A DNA stretch of 64,000 bases from Antedon mediterranea (Eukaryota > Animalia > Echinodermata), in assembly GCF_964355755.1 (NCBI RefSeq), contig NC_092670.1, positions 7,988,201 to 8,052,200 on the forward strand, read 5' to 3'. How positions within the stretch are numbered: the stretch's first letter is position 1; each line of letters starts with the position of its first letter. Below the pieces are notes generated by a model. It did not search any database. It saw only the letters and a program-made list of their open reading frames with translations, and had not been told where the DNA came from. Of the stretch, positions 62,481 to 64,000 are shown piece after piece. Both the position numbers and the translations under genes were made by a program.

Positions 62481-64000
62481 ACAACACTTCTTCGTTATTT
62501 AAGAGAATCCGTTGACAGCATTAGAACATCATCACCGTCAGCGGCGATTCTCATTAGCGGTGATTTTAACGAAGCCCGCGCGAAAGTTAAACAATTTTGC
62601 TCGTCAACTGGTCTTCGACAAGTTGTCAAAACTTCAACTAGGGACAACAGTGGTAATATTCTGGACTTGCTTATAACTAACTGTTATCAACATTACGAAG
62701 AACCGGTTGTTCATGCACCCTTTGGTCGTAGTGACCATAATTCGATTTTATGGAAACCAAAACCTGGATTCGTCTGCATTAAGGGCCGCAATGTTATTAA
62801 GTCTTTCCGGCCTTTTAGCGAATCTGCTTGCAATAGATTTGGTCAATGGATAACATCACAAGATTGGCATGAAATACTGGAAACCGATGACCTTGATGAA
62901 AAAGTAAATATTTTCGAATCAACATTATGTCTGGCATACGAACGTTGTTTTCCAAAGCGCAGAATTAAAGTTCATTCAAATGACAAACCATGGATCACAC
63001 CAAAAATAAAAGGACTTTGTAAGGAGAGACAAATTAGCTTTCATAAATATGGAAAAATGTCCCGCCATTTCCGTACACTTAGAAACTAAGAAAGTAATTT
63101 GGGAAATCAAACAAGCAAAGATTAAATACTACAAATACGAAGTTAACAATCTGCAAAACACTAACGCAAAGCAGTGGTTCCAAAAAGTTAACCAAATATG
63201 CGGTACGAATAAAAAGAAATCGGTGTTGAATCTAGAAACTGAAGAAACCGATCCGCTTAAAATTTGCGAACTAATAAATAACTACCTAGCGAATATATGC
63301 CAGAAGATTGAACCCCTACAAACTAATAGTCTACCATCATACCTTCCTTGTGGCTATGCACCGACACTCAACTTCTGGCAGGTGTATCATCAGCTTCAGA
63401 AAATAAACTGCAACAAATCAGTTGCCCCGGGTGATCTACCGCCTTGCGTCATCAAAGAATTCGCATTTGAAATTGCATCACCGTTAGTTGACATCTACAA
63501 CGCATCACTCTCGCAAGGCATAGTCCCGCGCAAGTGGAAAGAGGCGACCATAACCCCACTTCCTAAAGTGAAAGGACCGGTTAACTTAAATCAAATCAGA
63601 CCCATATCCATTACACCAATTTTTGAACGCATGCTAGAACACTTTGTCTCGTCATGGATAAAACCCAAGATCGCGCCTAAATTAGACGAAATGCAATTTG
63701 GAAATCGCACAGGAGCGTCTACAAGTCACTATCTTACTAGCATGTTACACTATTTACTTCAAGGCCTTGATAAACCTGGACACGAAGCAACGGTTATTGC
63801 AGTTGATTTTCGTAAAGCGTTTGACCTAATTGATCATACAATCGCTGTCAAGAAGTTAATTGATATTGGAGTTCAACCTGAATTGATGCCGTGGATTTGT
63901 GATTTTCTGAGCGAACGTAAACAGAGAGTGAAACTCAATGGCGGTTTTTCAAACTGGCAAGGAATAACTTGCGGAGTTCCTCAGGGGACGAAACTGGGTC
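62481..64000 (+). mobile_element. CR1/Rex-group LINE fragment (end of APE endonuclease to RT), disrupted; continues past the window
   Basis: ILISGDFN, ILDLLITN, SDHNSI, KPWIT, IRPISIT, QFG, VDFRKAFDLIDH, GVPQGTKLG; stop and frameshift at ~63087. Confidence 0.9.

Noticed and set aside
60976-64000. Twin-priming 5' inversion of a single LINE at the head-to-head junction near 62474
   Set aside because: The geometry fits, but the halves differ in base composition and motif style (CCHC-bearing RTE-X-like vs CR1/Rex-like), so two unrelated elements are more likely. Sequence beyond the window would settle it.

Overview
AT-rich, intron-rich animal genomic DNA. A Deu-type SINE and the gene content suggest a non-vertebrate deuterostome, possibly an echinoderm (inference). 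Genes I reconstructed exon by exon from splice signals and frame arithmetic: the last two coding exons of SOAT1 (+); a two-exon, highly divergent cyclin-O-like gene (+); CCDC89 (-, 7 exons); ATG9A (-, 22 coding exons, one U12 AT-AC intron) head-to-head with CNOT9/RQCD1 (+, 9 exons); a cluster of three KRAB-less C2H2 zinc-finger genes (+); and an intronless acidic orphan ORF with SUMO-interacting-like motifs lying inside that cluster. Repeats include DeuSINE copies, several MITE families, a non-autonomous Helitron, HINE/DINE-like elements, a Penelope 3' fragment with a variant hammerhead ribozyme, and four LINE fragments. The most unusual signals are: zinc-finger tails made of tandem 'collapsed finger' linker repeats that expanded independently in two paralogs; a near-invariant atypical N-terminal finger shared by all three ZNFs; a copy of the CNOT9 3'UTR behind a ZNF gene; the apparently inserted SIM-protein cassette; a cyclin lacking its CDK-contact residues; a G3-C8 covariant hammerhead; and TAGGCCTA tracts in first introns. 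All homology calls are from recalled family motifs; no searches were run.
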